From positions 1 to 31,584 of IMG/VR virus record IMGVR_UViG_3300025392_000140: 31,584 bases of DNA; one strand, 5' to 3'. Position 1 is the stretch's first letter; every line of letters starts with the position of its first letter. The translations under genes were made by a program, and so were the position numbers. Shown here piece after piece: positions 8,735-17,041 of the stretch. This stretch comes from a virus (lineage: Duplodnaviria; Caudoviricetes). Under the pieces are notes generated by a model that was not told the DNA's origin, did not search any database, and saw nothing but the letters and a program-made list of their open reading frames with translations.

Positions 8735-9553
8735 TTAAGTTCCTAATGAGGTGTATCGTGTATTTGATAAACTTGTAGTTCTTGTGTTTCCGTCACTTAA
8801 TACACGTTTGCTACCATAAGATAAAATGGTTACATTAATACCAACTCCCATTGGTTTAGGTAAAAATTCTTTTAATAAATCTATACTTAAAGAAGTATAT
8901 AGATTAGAAACTGCATACGTAAGCGTCATGTCTTGATTGTCCGTAAGGACAACAAAACTAGGAAGCAATAAATTTAGTAAGTCTTGTATTGAAGCCAATG
9001 TTCCATTGTTGGAGTTCAATATGATCTGTAATTGTATTACTAATCTATATTGGTCATCATTTAATGCACTATTTGGCAATCCAGCACTATGATACGTTTC
9101 CCATACACCTGTAGTATTACTATTTTGTGCGTAATTGCGTAAACCTATTGTATTGCCTGAATTGCTATAGTTTTCAAATCCCCAATATGGTGGATTACCA
9201 TTTGGATTAATATTTCTATTAACTCCAACATATTGACCAATTACGTCTAATTGTACACCTACCGCCGTATCTACGTTAAAAGCATATAGGATTTGAGTTA
9301 AAATATCATCACCTAATGCCTGTTTAGACATTAATGCTATTAGACGCTGGGCATTTGGACCCTGTGAATATTGCGATATAATTCTAGCTACATAGTAATT
9401 AACTAATGCTATAAGATGCTTTGTAGGTATTTGTCCTGTAGTTGGGGCACCTGCTGTAGGCCAGCTAGGAGTGACACTAGAATAAGCATCATATACCCCA
9501 TTGGCAAAAATGGGAAATATGTTATTCTTTGGTCTTACAGGAAATATAGGCAT
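8735..9553 (-). CDS. Baseplate wedge protein (DUF2612 / gpI-like)
   Basis: IISQY...AFNVDTAVGVQLDVIGQYVGVNR, LNDDQYRLVIQLQI..N..NGT, DNQDMT and LPKPMGV motifs. Directly downstream of baseplate J. Confidence 0.85.
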   Translation of the reverse strand: MPIFPVRPKNNIFPIFANGVYDAYSSVTPSWPTAGAPTTGQIPTKHLIALVNYYVARIISQYSQGPNAQRLIALMSKQALGDDILTQILYAFNVDTAVGVQLDVIGQYVGVNRNINPNGNPPYWGFENYSNSGNTIGLRNYAQNSNTTGVWETYHSAGLPNSALNDDQYRLVIQLQIILNSNNGTLASIQDLLNLLLPSFVVLTDNQDMTLTYAVSNLYTSLSIDLLKEFLPKPMGVGINVTILSYGSKRVLSDGNTRTTSLSNTRYTSLGT

Positions 9554-11010
9554 TACGGAGCGCCAGTTAACGTAATGTTAGCAGCAGGTATATTAAATAA
9601 ATAGTTAACACCAGTTGGTGATACTATATCTAGCCATGTACTGCCATCGATTGATACCTTTGCATTATAAATATAACAATTTGGTGCATAGGTATTGAGT
9701 ATCGCAATTATCTGACTTGCATCTGCTGGTTGTCCAATAGCGTAAGTCAAATTGGTTATAATATCATTTTTTAATGCTGATGCATTAGGAACGATACCAC
9801 CAGTAACTGTAGGAGCTATATTACATTTAAAATAGAAAGCTTCTGGTACAGCCACATCAAAATAAATAGGAAAATAAGTATTATCTACTTGTTTAACATT
9901 AACTGTTATAGTGTTAGGATTAACATTAACAGTTGGAACTGAGGTATAACCAGTTCCTGGCGTATCAACTACAAATGAAGTAATAGAACCTCCACTAACA
10001 ACTGCATGAGCAGTAGCTCCTGCACCACCACCGCCAGTAATTGTGACAGTAGGGGGATATATATAACCAGTACCCCCAGATCCTAAAGTAATAGATCCTA
10101 CTGTTGTACCAGAAAGATTTGCCGTACCTGTACCACCTGTACCTGAATTTGTCTGACCACAACCAGCGTTACGTTTAACGTAAATAATTTGAGCTATTTG
10201 TTGCTTTAAACTGTCAGTTAAAGTCGTATTCGTATCTATAATAACCCAAATGCTATGTGGAGGTATACCATTTGTGGTTACATTAGAATCGTTTTCGTAT
10301 ACAACAGCATAGGCAACACCAGGTACTGTTAATAAACCAGCATACAAACCTTGCAAATAGCCTTTACTAGGCAACGAAACTGAAGATGCACGACGTATTC
10401 TAAGTGCTGAATCTGATTCTTCAAGTTGTCCTAAAGAAGTATAAATACTAGGATTATTTACAGAACCTACACTGGTAGATACGGATACTATTGTAGTAAT
10501 AGTATTTATAGCCGATTGTACTGGTCCTTGATTAGCAGCTTGAAACAATAAAGATTGAGGCGTGGAACTAGTAAAAGTATAAGTTCCTGCTAATTGATAT
10601 ATGTTACCAGCACCATCTGATACCGAAAAAGGTGTTAAAGGTTGCTGATCTATTCCATAAATAGTAAAAGGAAACGTAGCCGTACTTGAAGGCGTAACAG
10701 TTATTGGTTGTTGAGTATAAGTACCACCTTGTCTTACCACACCATTAATAGCACATCTAGCATCTAAAACTGTACCTACTGCTAAATCAGGATTAAACGA
10801 ATTATAAATTTGCTGGGCATATTGAAGTACATCTTCTTTAGCCTGTGCAAAAATATTGATTAAATTACTATCTGGGGAATTAGCATTAAGATTGGCACCA
10901 GGAAATATGGTAGCGTATCCTGGGAAACTAATAGTTCCACCCACGATTTCGTTCTGGATTTCAGAAATCGACTGTATTGTTAGGCCGTTGGAATCTAAAG
11001 TATTAGGAAT
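9553..11010 (-). CDS. Baseplate J-like wedge protein (probable ATT start at 11010; 485 aa)
   Basis: DSNLINIFAQ, YNSFNPDLAVGTVLD, GQLEESDSALRIRR, VYENDS...GIPPHSIW motifs. The frame stays open upstream of the GTG at 10944 through (M)PNTLDSNGLTIQSISEIQNEI, which resembles the usual J N-terminus. Confidence 0.88.
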   Translation of the reverse strand: MPNTLDSNGLTIQSISEIQNEIVGGTISFPGYATIFPGANLNANSPDSNLINIFAQAKEDVLQYAQQIYNSFNPDLAVGTVLDARCAINGVVRQGGTYTQQPITVTPSSTATFPFTIYGIDQQPLTPFSVSDGAGNIYQLAGTYTFTSSTPQSLLFQAANQGPVQSAINTITTIVSVSTSVGSVNNPSIYTSLGQLEESDSALRIRRASSVSLPSKGYLQGLYAGLLTVPGVAYAVVYENDSNVTTNGIPPHSIWVIIDTNTTLTDSLKQQIAQIIYVKRNAGCGQTNSGTGGTGTANLSGTTVGSITLGSGGTGYIYPPTVTITGGGGAGATAHAVVSGGSITSFVVDTPGTGYTSVPTVNVNPNTITVNVKQVDNTYFPIYFDVAVPEAFYFKCNIAPTVTGGIVPNASALKNDIITNLTYAIGQPADASQIIAILNTYAPNCYIYNAKVSIDGSTWLDIVSPTGVNYLFNIPAANITLTGAP

Positions 11011-11037
11011 AGTAATCTAAGAGTAGGAACAACGTCG

Positions 11038-11430
11038 TTAAACGGAAATCGTTGTCGAACTAGTTAGGTTTGTTGAATAAATCGTGGATATGTTATAAGT
11101 TAGGGTCAACTGTCTGGTGTAATTATTGACTGACGTAGCTACAGAATTGATTTGAGTTACTCCATAACAGCTTACTAAAACTGACCTTGTTTTGGTCAAA
11201 ATGGCGTTTTCAGTATTTAAATTACCTAAAAGATTAATCCAATCTATACCAAAACTAGTATTCCAAAAAGCTTCACCTAATAACGTCTGTAAAGCCGTTT
11301 GTATATTTAGGGCTATAGCTTCGTCACCAGTAAGATAATTGCTTAATCCCTGACCAAATTGCCAATCTAGCCCTTGTGGGCTTGTATTGGTGAGAGAAAC
11401 CTCTCTAAAGATCATTAATGGTGCGCTCAT
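11038..11430 (-). CDS. Baseplate wedge / sheath initiator (gp25/W-like)
   Basis: DWQFGQG...EAIALNIQTALQTLLGEAFWNTSFGIDW...GVTQI...RQLTLTYNISTIY. Position between spike and J. Confidence 0.8.
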   Translation of the reverse strand: MSAPLMIFREVSLTNTSPQGLDWQFGQGLSNYLTGDEAIALNIQTALQTLLGEAFWNTSFGIDWINLLGNLNTENAILTKTRSVLVSCYGVTQINSVATSVNNYTRQLTLTYNISTIYSTNLTSSTTISV

Positions 11431-12224
11431 TTAAGTAAGGCTAATACATCTGCAGCTAATGCTGGAATTGTAGTAGATTGTATTGTTGTTAAAGCTGTTA
11501 TTTCTGGGGTCAATGCTCCACCTACATTTAATGTATTTAAAGCCAAAATTAAGTTATTATTTATACCTGTTAACGTATCTATTAATACATTAAAAGTTGT
11601 TAATAAACTAGTTACGTCATTTTTGATTCCTACACGACCACTACCTAAAGAAATCATAGGTTTTCCTGTACCACCGCCATAAAGTTGTACATCTGTAGTT
11701 GAATAACTATCTAAAGGATTAACTTGGGATCTTAAACCTACAATAGCTACTGCATCGCTAATATCGTGCATACGTACAGTATTAGGCGGTAAATTGGTTT
11801 GTCCTGAAACTACCCAATTATCTATATCTCTATCTATAAATACTAATAAGCAAGTATCACCAGGACTTATAGGAAAAGTAACTGCTCCACCCCCACCGCC
11901 TAAACACAATACTGGTACTTCATAAAGATGCGTATAAGGCACAGATGTTGGATTTGCACCAGATACTGTTTGAGATGCTACAGTTTCACCACCTGTGGTA
12001 GTGAGTCCAGTTGAGGCAGATTGAGTATAGCCTATAACCATCTGCATATTAATTGATACAGTAGCTATTTGTTTTGCAGCGTTAAAACTTACTATTGTAG
12101 CGGTTTGGGCACAAAACAAACCAGACAGTATTTCACTTCTTAACTGATTAAACAAAATCCTAAGATCTGGTTTAGTAGGAGTTAATGGTGTAAGAATATT
12201 TGTTTCTGATGTAGGTATAGCCAT
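11427..12224 (-). CDS. Baseplate central spike (Gp138/gpV-like)
   Basis: VPVLCLGGGGGAVTFPISPGDTCLLVFIDRDIDNW...RMHDISDAVAIVG is the Gp138-type N-terminal OB-fold signature. Confidence 0.88.
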   Translation of the reverse strand: MAIPTSETNILTPLTPTKPDLRILFNQLRSEILSGLFCAQTATIVSFNAAKQIATVSINMQMVIGYTQSASTGLTTTGGETVASQTVSGANPTSVPYTHLYEVPVLCLGGGGGAVTFPISPGDTCLLVFIDRDIDNWVVSGQTNLPPNTVRMHDISDAVAIVGLRSQVNPLDSYSTTDVQLYGGGTGKPMISLGSGRVGIKNDVTSLLTTFNVLIDTLTGINNNLILALNTLNVGGALTPEITALTTIQSTTIPALAADVLALLK

Positions 12225-12227
12225 AAC

Positions 12228-13250
12228 TCAACTTGGTAAACTTAAATTGCCTGTTATAGTTACAGGTGTTGTGCCTGCATAAGGCTTATAAAGATCTAAT
12301 ATTGTAATAAACTGTCCATTAACACTAGGTGATACTACACCTTCATGCTTAATGCCATAAATAGGGTATATTCCATTGTACGCAGGATTTTCTGTACTAT
12401 TTAATTTTACTAATTGTCCAATGTAAAAAGATGGTTCAAATAACATCTTACATACCACAGATGAATTATCTGTAGGCATTGGCACATCTAATAATCCCGT
12501 TGCTGAACTAATTTCATAAGGTTTTTCAGTAGTTAAAAAACCCTCGTTTTTACCCATTACTCTTAACTGAGATAAATCAATCGTAGCGTTTAACTGATAC
12601 TTATCTAATATGTTTTGTATTTGAGTAAATGTAGGACCTACAAAACTTTTTGGTCTTATAAATTGTATATCTGGAATAGTACCAAAAAGAGGCGTTGGAA
12701 ATGCAGTAAGTAAATCGCTATTTAAATCAATTAAAGCCTGTTTTAAAGTAGTTTGTGGATTAGTAGTAAAATTGGAAAAACTATTAGAATACATAAAAGA
12801 ATTATCCTTACAGGTTAATTCAGTAACTATGTTATTTCTACCTACACGATAACTTCTACCAATCATTACTTGACCATTAAAAATTAATCCTTGATTTCCT
12901 AATTCATAACCAGCCCTTAATTGTATGGGTACATAAAGACTTTGCGTATAATAAGGTTTTAATAATTGGTTTCTTTGTTCTTCAGATAGATTATAAAGCT
13001 TAAATGTGCCAGTATTAACACTAGACATAAAAGCCCTATCTATACTAAATTCTAAAGAAATTGGTAGTGTTATAGATTGTGAAGCTGTTGTTGTAACAGT
13101 AAAAACGCCTTTGTCTGTCGCACGTTGTTGATTACTTGCGATAGTTTGATTAAAACCATAATTAGGACCAGGCGTTGATTTAGTTACTTGAGTAACTGGA
13201 CCAATAGGTGGTACTCCTACAGTTAAGGTATATGTACGATTAAATTTCAA
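12228..13250 (-). CDS. Baseplate hub protein
   Basis: MKFNRTYTLTV, NTGTFKLYNLS, IQLRAGY..LIFNG, ISSATGLLDVP, YNGIYPIYGIKHEG. Located upstream of the spike. Confidence 0.8.
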   Translation of the reverse strand: MKFNRTYTLTVGVPPIGPVTQVTKSTPGPNYGFNQTIASNQQRATDKGVFTVTTTASQSITLPISLEFSIDRAFMSSVNTGTFKLYNLSEEQRNQLLKPYYTQSLYVPIQLRAGYELGNQGLIFNGQVMIGRSYRVGRNNIVTELTCKDNSFMYSNSFSNFTTNPQTTLKQALIDLNSDLLTAFPTPLFGTIPDIQFIRPKSFVGPTFTQIQNILDKYQLNATIDLSQLRVMGKNEGFLTTEKPYEISSATGLLDVPMPTDNSSVVCKMLFEPSFYIGQLVKLNSTENPAYNGIYPIYGIKHEGVVSPSVNGQFITILDLYKPYAGTTPVTITGNLSLPS

Positions 13251-13603
13251 TTACCTACAAAAATTGATGTTTCCAGTGCTTTAACTTGAGTTTGTGTTAA
13301 TATAAACAGTTGCGCATATCCATCTGAAAAATCACTTATATTTAATGGGTCATAACCATCAGATGTTGTACAACCTAAACCAAAAGGTAGTATATACTGA
13401 TATTGTCTTAATAAATTAGGAAATACAGTTATTCTATTACCATTTACTTTATATGCAGGATTTGAACCATTCCATGTAACATTAAAAAACCAACCTTTTT
13501 GATTGGTTTCGTAGTACATATTAATAGTAGCTATAGTTCCATTTACTGTAGAAATGGAAAAAGTCTGATTTAAATTATTTGTTATGCCAGTGATGTATTG
13601 CAT
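13247..13603 (-). CDS. Small baseplate protein
   Basis: 118 aa, NQTFSI...WFFNV...NLLRQY..LPFG. Conserved position before the hub gene. Confidence 0.65.
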   Translation of the reverse strand: MQYITGITNNLNQTFSISTVNGTIATINMYYETNQKGWFFNVTWNGSNPAYKVNGNRITVFPNLLRQYQYILPFGLGCTTSDGYDPLNISDFSDGYAQLFILTQTQVKALETSIFVGN

Positions 13604-13605
13604 AA

Positions 13606-14592
13606 TTATAAGTTATAGATTGCATCCCATCCTACTGACGATAACGAAATATCATCGCCACCATTAAGTATACCAATTAAACTAGCTACTTCAGTTTGTG
13701 ATTCTTTTTGTATAGTAACCGCAATTTGATTATCGCTGTTTGTTAATTCAGCTAATGCAGTATTTAATACATCGTTAATAGATGAAGATAACCAACCTTG
13801 TGCTAGGCTTTCTACTTGCTGAATAGTATATGGTACTGTACCAGCAGATCCTGAATTTACAGGCATTGTAGCCTGTATTTGTGCAGCAGAATTTCCTGCT
13901 AATGTATTTTGATCAATTAAACTTTGACCTAGTATTCTTACTTTTTTAAACGTAACAGTAAAATCAGTTATATTAGTAGTAGTTTCATTTTGAACTGGTT
14001 CTACTGATTCAATAGCCATGCTACTAAATATACCCCAAGGCGTTTCTACAGTAAAAAGCACACGACCTTGCCACAACTGATAAAGATAACCAAATATTAA
14101 CGCTTGTTTATTACCAGGATTATTAGCTACGGAACTGTGTCCTAAATAATATGAATAAACACTATTACTTTTTGCAGAGCTATATGACACTACGCTACTT
14201 TGTGAACCAGATTGTGCTTGATATGTACCTTGTGTAAATACTGGTTGTAATGGTCCATTTAAAGGCAATGGATTAACAATTTGTGTAGGTGCATTAGTAA
14301 TTATAGGTAAATTATAAACTAAATCACCTGCAGAACCTTTAAGAGTTACTTTTTCTGGCGATAATGAAATCTGATCATGTATCGCAGTATTATCTTCTAA
14401 ATAATGATCAGTTATTTCTGATTTTAATTCTGCTCGCTCTTGACCACGTATATCAAAAGTTAAACCACCAATACCACTAGGCAATGGAGATGGATATACA
14501 TAAACAGTATTAAAATTAGTTAATGCTGCTGCAGTTTTTGTTTCTTGTGCAAAAACGCTAGATGAATCTGTAGGTACTACGTTTGTTGCCAT
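13606..14592 (-). CDS. Tail tube initiator / baseplate organisation protein
   Basis: SEITDHYLEDNTAIHDQISLSPEKVTLKG and FTVETPWGIFSSMAIES...FTVTFKKVR motifs. Directly after the tape measure gene. Confidence 0.75.
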   Translation of the reverse strand: MATNVVPTDSSSVFAQETKTAAALTNFNTVYVYPSPLPSGIGGLTFDIRGQERAELKSEITDHYLEDNTAIHDQISLSPEKVTLKGSAGDLVYNLPIITNAPTQIVNPLPLNGPLQPVFTQGTYQAQSGSQSSVVSYSSAKSNSVYSYYLGHSSVANNPGNKQALIFGYLYQLWQGRVLFTVETPWGIFSSMAIESVEPVQNETTTNITDFTVTFKKVRILGQSLIDQNTLAGNSAAQIQATMPVNSGSAGTVPYTIQQVESLAQGWLSSSINDVLNTALAELTNSDNQIAVTIQKESQTEVASLIGILNGGDDISLSSVGWDAIYNL

Positions 14593-14593
14593 A

Positions 14594-15949
14594 TTAATAT
14601 TGTGATGAAGCTAAACTAGATTGTGCAGCTAAACCAGCTAACTCTGTATTCCAGAATGTTTTTACTACATCAATAAACTTTTCACCAGCAACCTTACCAT
14701 CGCCACCATGATTTGTTTGATTTACAGTTAAATTAATTAGCTGTTGTTGTGCTTGTGCTAATTTAGGATAGCTATCAGGTATAGTAAATAAAGTATCTGG
14801 ATTTTGTAATTTATTTAATTCAGAAAAATCTAGTCCCATGCCAATTTTAAAAGACGATTTAAATATAGGATATAATTCGTTTATACCTTTTAATATTTTA
14901 TCTACAACATTTGCGAAGTTAGTAAGTGGCACTACCAAATCTTTTCCAATAGTTGTGCTTAATAATTTTGCTTGTAAATTAATATCACCCCAAATGGTAT
15001 TTATTTCTTTTAATTTGTTTATTTCTTCGTCTGTATAACGAGCAGCACTTTCTTGTTCTGAAGGATCAAATTTGCCTGCTCGTATCGCAGCATAAAGATT
15101 TGGATCTTGAATACCTAAACCTTGTGCTGCTTGAAATGCTATTGGTGCATTTATACCAGAAGATTCTTTAAGTGCTTTGTTTATTTTGCTAAATGCAGTA
15201 TAAACATCTTGTGTGGGGTCTATACCTAATTGAGAAATCCAAGGATTAGTACTACGTTTTAAAGCTACATCAGTCATTATCTGTTGTAACCTCATTATCG
15301 TAGAAGTCATTTCATCTGCACTACTACCAACTTTAATTGCTTCTAATTGCCAGTTTTGTAATACATTTGTAGATAGACCTGTGCTTAAACTAAAATTCTT
15401 GAGATTGTTTCCAGTACTAATTGTGGAACTTGAAATCTTATCTAATGCTATAACTGCACCTGCTATTACTGCTCCAGCAGTTAAAGCTTCAATTCCTAAT
15501 TCACTAAATGCTATAGCTAAATCATTAACATCAGCTTTACCCTGATTTATCTTATTAAATGATTTTACATTTTGTTCGTAAGCTTTTTTCTTAGCAGCCT
15601 CTTCTTTATCGTATGCTTTTTGCATACGTTTACGAAAATCTTCTTCTGCTTTAGCTTGCTTTTCTTTTTCTCTAAAATCTTTATCTCTTAATTCTTTTTC
15701 GTACTTATATCTTTGTACGTGACTATCTTTTTGCTTACCAGCTTCTACTTCTTTATTTTCTAATACTTCTGGTTTCTTTATCTCAATATTAGCTAATGAG
15801 GTAAGTTTCTTTTGTACATCACCTAAAGATGAACCTAAATCTTTAGCTGCTTTTGCAGCCTCTTGTAATTGCTTAGTTACAGCATTAAGCGCTTCAGGAT
15901 TATCTACTTTGAATCCTAATTTTACAAAGAAGTCTGCAATCTGGCTCAT
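14594..15949 (-). CDS. Tape measure protein (short, 451 aa)
   Basis: N-terminal IADFFVKLGFKVD, helical/coiled-coil composition, position after the tail chaperones. Confidence 0.8.
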   Translation of the reverse strand: MSQIADFFVKLGFKVDNPEALNAVTKQLQEAAKAAKDLGSSLGDVQKKLTSLANIEIKKPEVLENKEVEAGKQKDSHVQRYKYEKELRDKDFREKEKQAKAEEDFRKRMQKAYDKEEAAKKKAYEQNVKSFNKINQGKADVNDLAIAFSELGIEALTAGAVIAGAVIALDKISSSTISTGNNLKNFSLSTGLSTNVLQNWQLEAIKVGSSADEMTSTIMRLQQIMTDVALKRSTNPWISQLGIDPTQDVYTAFSKINKALKESSGINAPIAFQAAQGLGIQDPNLYAAIRAGKFDPSEQESAARYTDEEINKLKEINTIWGDINLQAKLLSTTIGKDLVVPLTNFANVVDKILKGINELYPIFKSSFKIGMGLDFSELNKLQNPDTLFTIPDSYPKLAQAQQQLINLTVNQTNHGGDGKVAGEKFIDVVKTFWNTELAGLAAQSSLASSQY

Positions 15950-16190
15950 TTCTTATTTTCCTTATTAAGTTCGTATTCGGTTTCAGTGCTTTCGGCCTGA
16001 CAGATATGAAAGTACCATGCGTCTAAGACCAAATCAGTAGGCATCTGCAAGATTTCTTGCAAAGTACCTACTCCCTTTAAGTTTAACTGTAAAGCTATCC
16101 GAACCTCTGGACTTAGCTCATCTCGGACTTTTGCCCGTTGCCACTTGGAATCCCTTTTTGGATTGATGACAGCGATGCGAGGTTTTTGAA
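15946..16190 (-). CDS. -1 frameshift extension of tail assembly chaperone (gpGT-like)
   Basis: Open -1 frame (QKPRIAV...GTLQEILQMPTDLVLDAW...KK) with no convincing start of its own. It ends in an ATGA overlap with the TMP start and is entered from the slippery run CCCCTTTTTTC. Confidence 0.7.
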
Positions 16191-16562
16191 AAAAGGGGCT
16201 AAGTTCAATGTAGCCACCTCCCAAGCTACGAGAAGGAAATCTGGACGATTGTCTTCAGAATCAAAGGTATTTGCTGCTATTCTTGTAGCAGTAAAATCTT
16301 TAATTCCTTTGAAAGTGCATGACATCATACACTTCCATATAGCTTCTTGTACGTGTTCGGATGTCCCAACTTTAATTACTATATCTTTAAGCTGGGATGC
16401 TTCTAGTTGAAACAGTGTGCTTAAATCAAAAGCAGAACCAGGTTGGCCTATAGGAACTCCAACGAGTTCTTTAAAGACTGCATTAAACAATTTCATACTG
16501 TCGGAGAATCCAGCTAACTGGAATCCTAGAACAGCACCGCTAGATAGGGGAATATCTTTCAT
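16113..16562 (-). CDS. Tail assembly chaperone (gpG-like)
   Basis: 149 aa between tube and TMP, with NLAPFF near its C-terminus. Confidence 0.75.
   Translation of the reverse strand: MKDIPLSSGAVLGFQLAGFSDSMKLFNAVFKELVGVPIGQPGSAFDLSTLFQLEASQLKDIVIKVGTSEHVQEAIWKCMMSCTFKGIKDFTATRIAANTFDSEDNRPDFLLVAWEVATLNLAPFFKNLASLSSIQKGIPSGNGQKSEMS
16188..16197 (-). promoter_or_regulatory. Programmed -1 ribosomal frameshift site
   Basis: Minus strand GCC CCT TTT TTC AAA contains overlapping X XXY YYZ heptamers C CCT TTT and T TTT TTC in the correct phase. Confidence 0.7.
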
Positions 16563-16572
16563 TGTAATTTAA

Positions 16573-17028
16573 TTAACCGATTTGACGTGTGCCAGCAGCA
16601 AACTTGAACTTCCAGATTGTTACACCTTGTTCAGTTTCGCCTTCTACGTTGCTCTTAACTTCTGGTATACTTGTTGGTACACCACCTGTTAAAAGATAAG
16701 TATCGTTTTTTACATTGCCTTGACCATCACCAACACGCTTTACTAACTGTAAAGTTAATAGAGGGAATGATGGTGGATCTTGGAAGAACAAACGCTGGAA
16801 TGAATTAATATAAGAATCGTTATTGCTACCACGTATTAGGCGTAGCGTACATTCCGTCAACTGACCAAGGGCACTAAAAGCAATAAGAGTATTGCCATTC
16901 TTACCTGGTTTAAATTGAGCCGTTTCGTTAGGAAATGTAAGTGAACCTACATCGCCATCTGCGAAATCTGTGAGTAATGTACCGTTTAACAGAATTGTGT
17001 CGTTACCGTTGAGTGATATGTCAGCCAT
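16573..17028 (-). CDS. Tail tube protein
   Basis: 151 aa directly after the sheath. LTDFADGD...GKNGN...TLRLIRGS..D motifs. Confidence 0.8.
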   Translation of the reverse strand: MADISLNGNDTILLNGTLLTDFADGDVGSLTFPNETAQFKPGKNGNTLIAFSALGQLTECTLRLIRGSNNDSYINSFQRLFFQDPPSFPLLTLQLVKRVGDGQGNVKNDTYLLTGGVPTSIPEVKSNVEGETEQGVTIWKFKFAAGTRQIG

Positions 17029-17041
17029 GACTAATTAAGAA

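Noticed and set aside
11011-11040. Stop-codon reassignment (TAG read-through) to explain the missing ATG of baseplate J
   Set aside because: Reading through the TAG reaches a TAA with no ATG. TAG and TGA end genes normally elsewhere and gene density is high under code 11.
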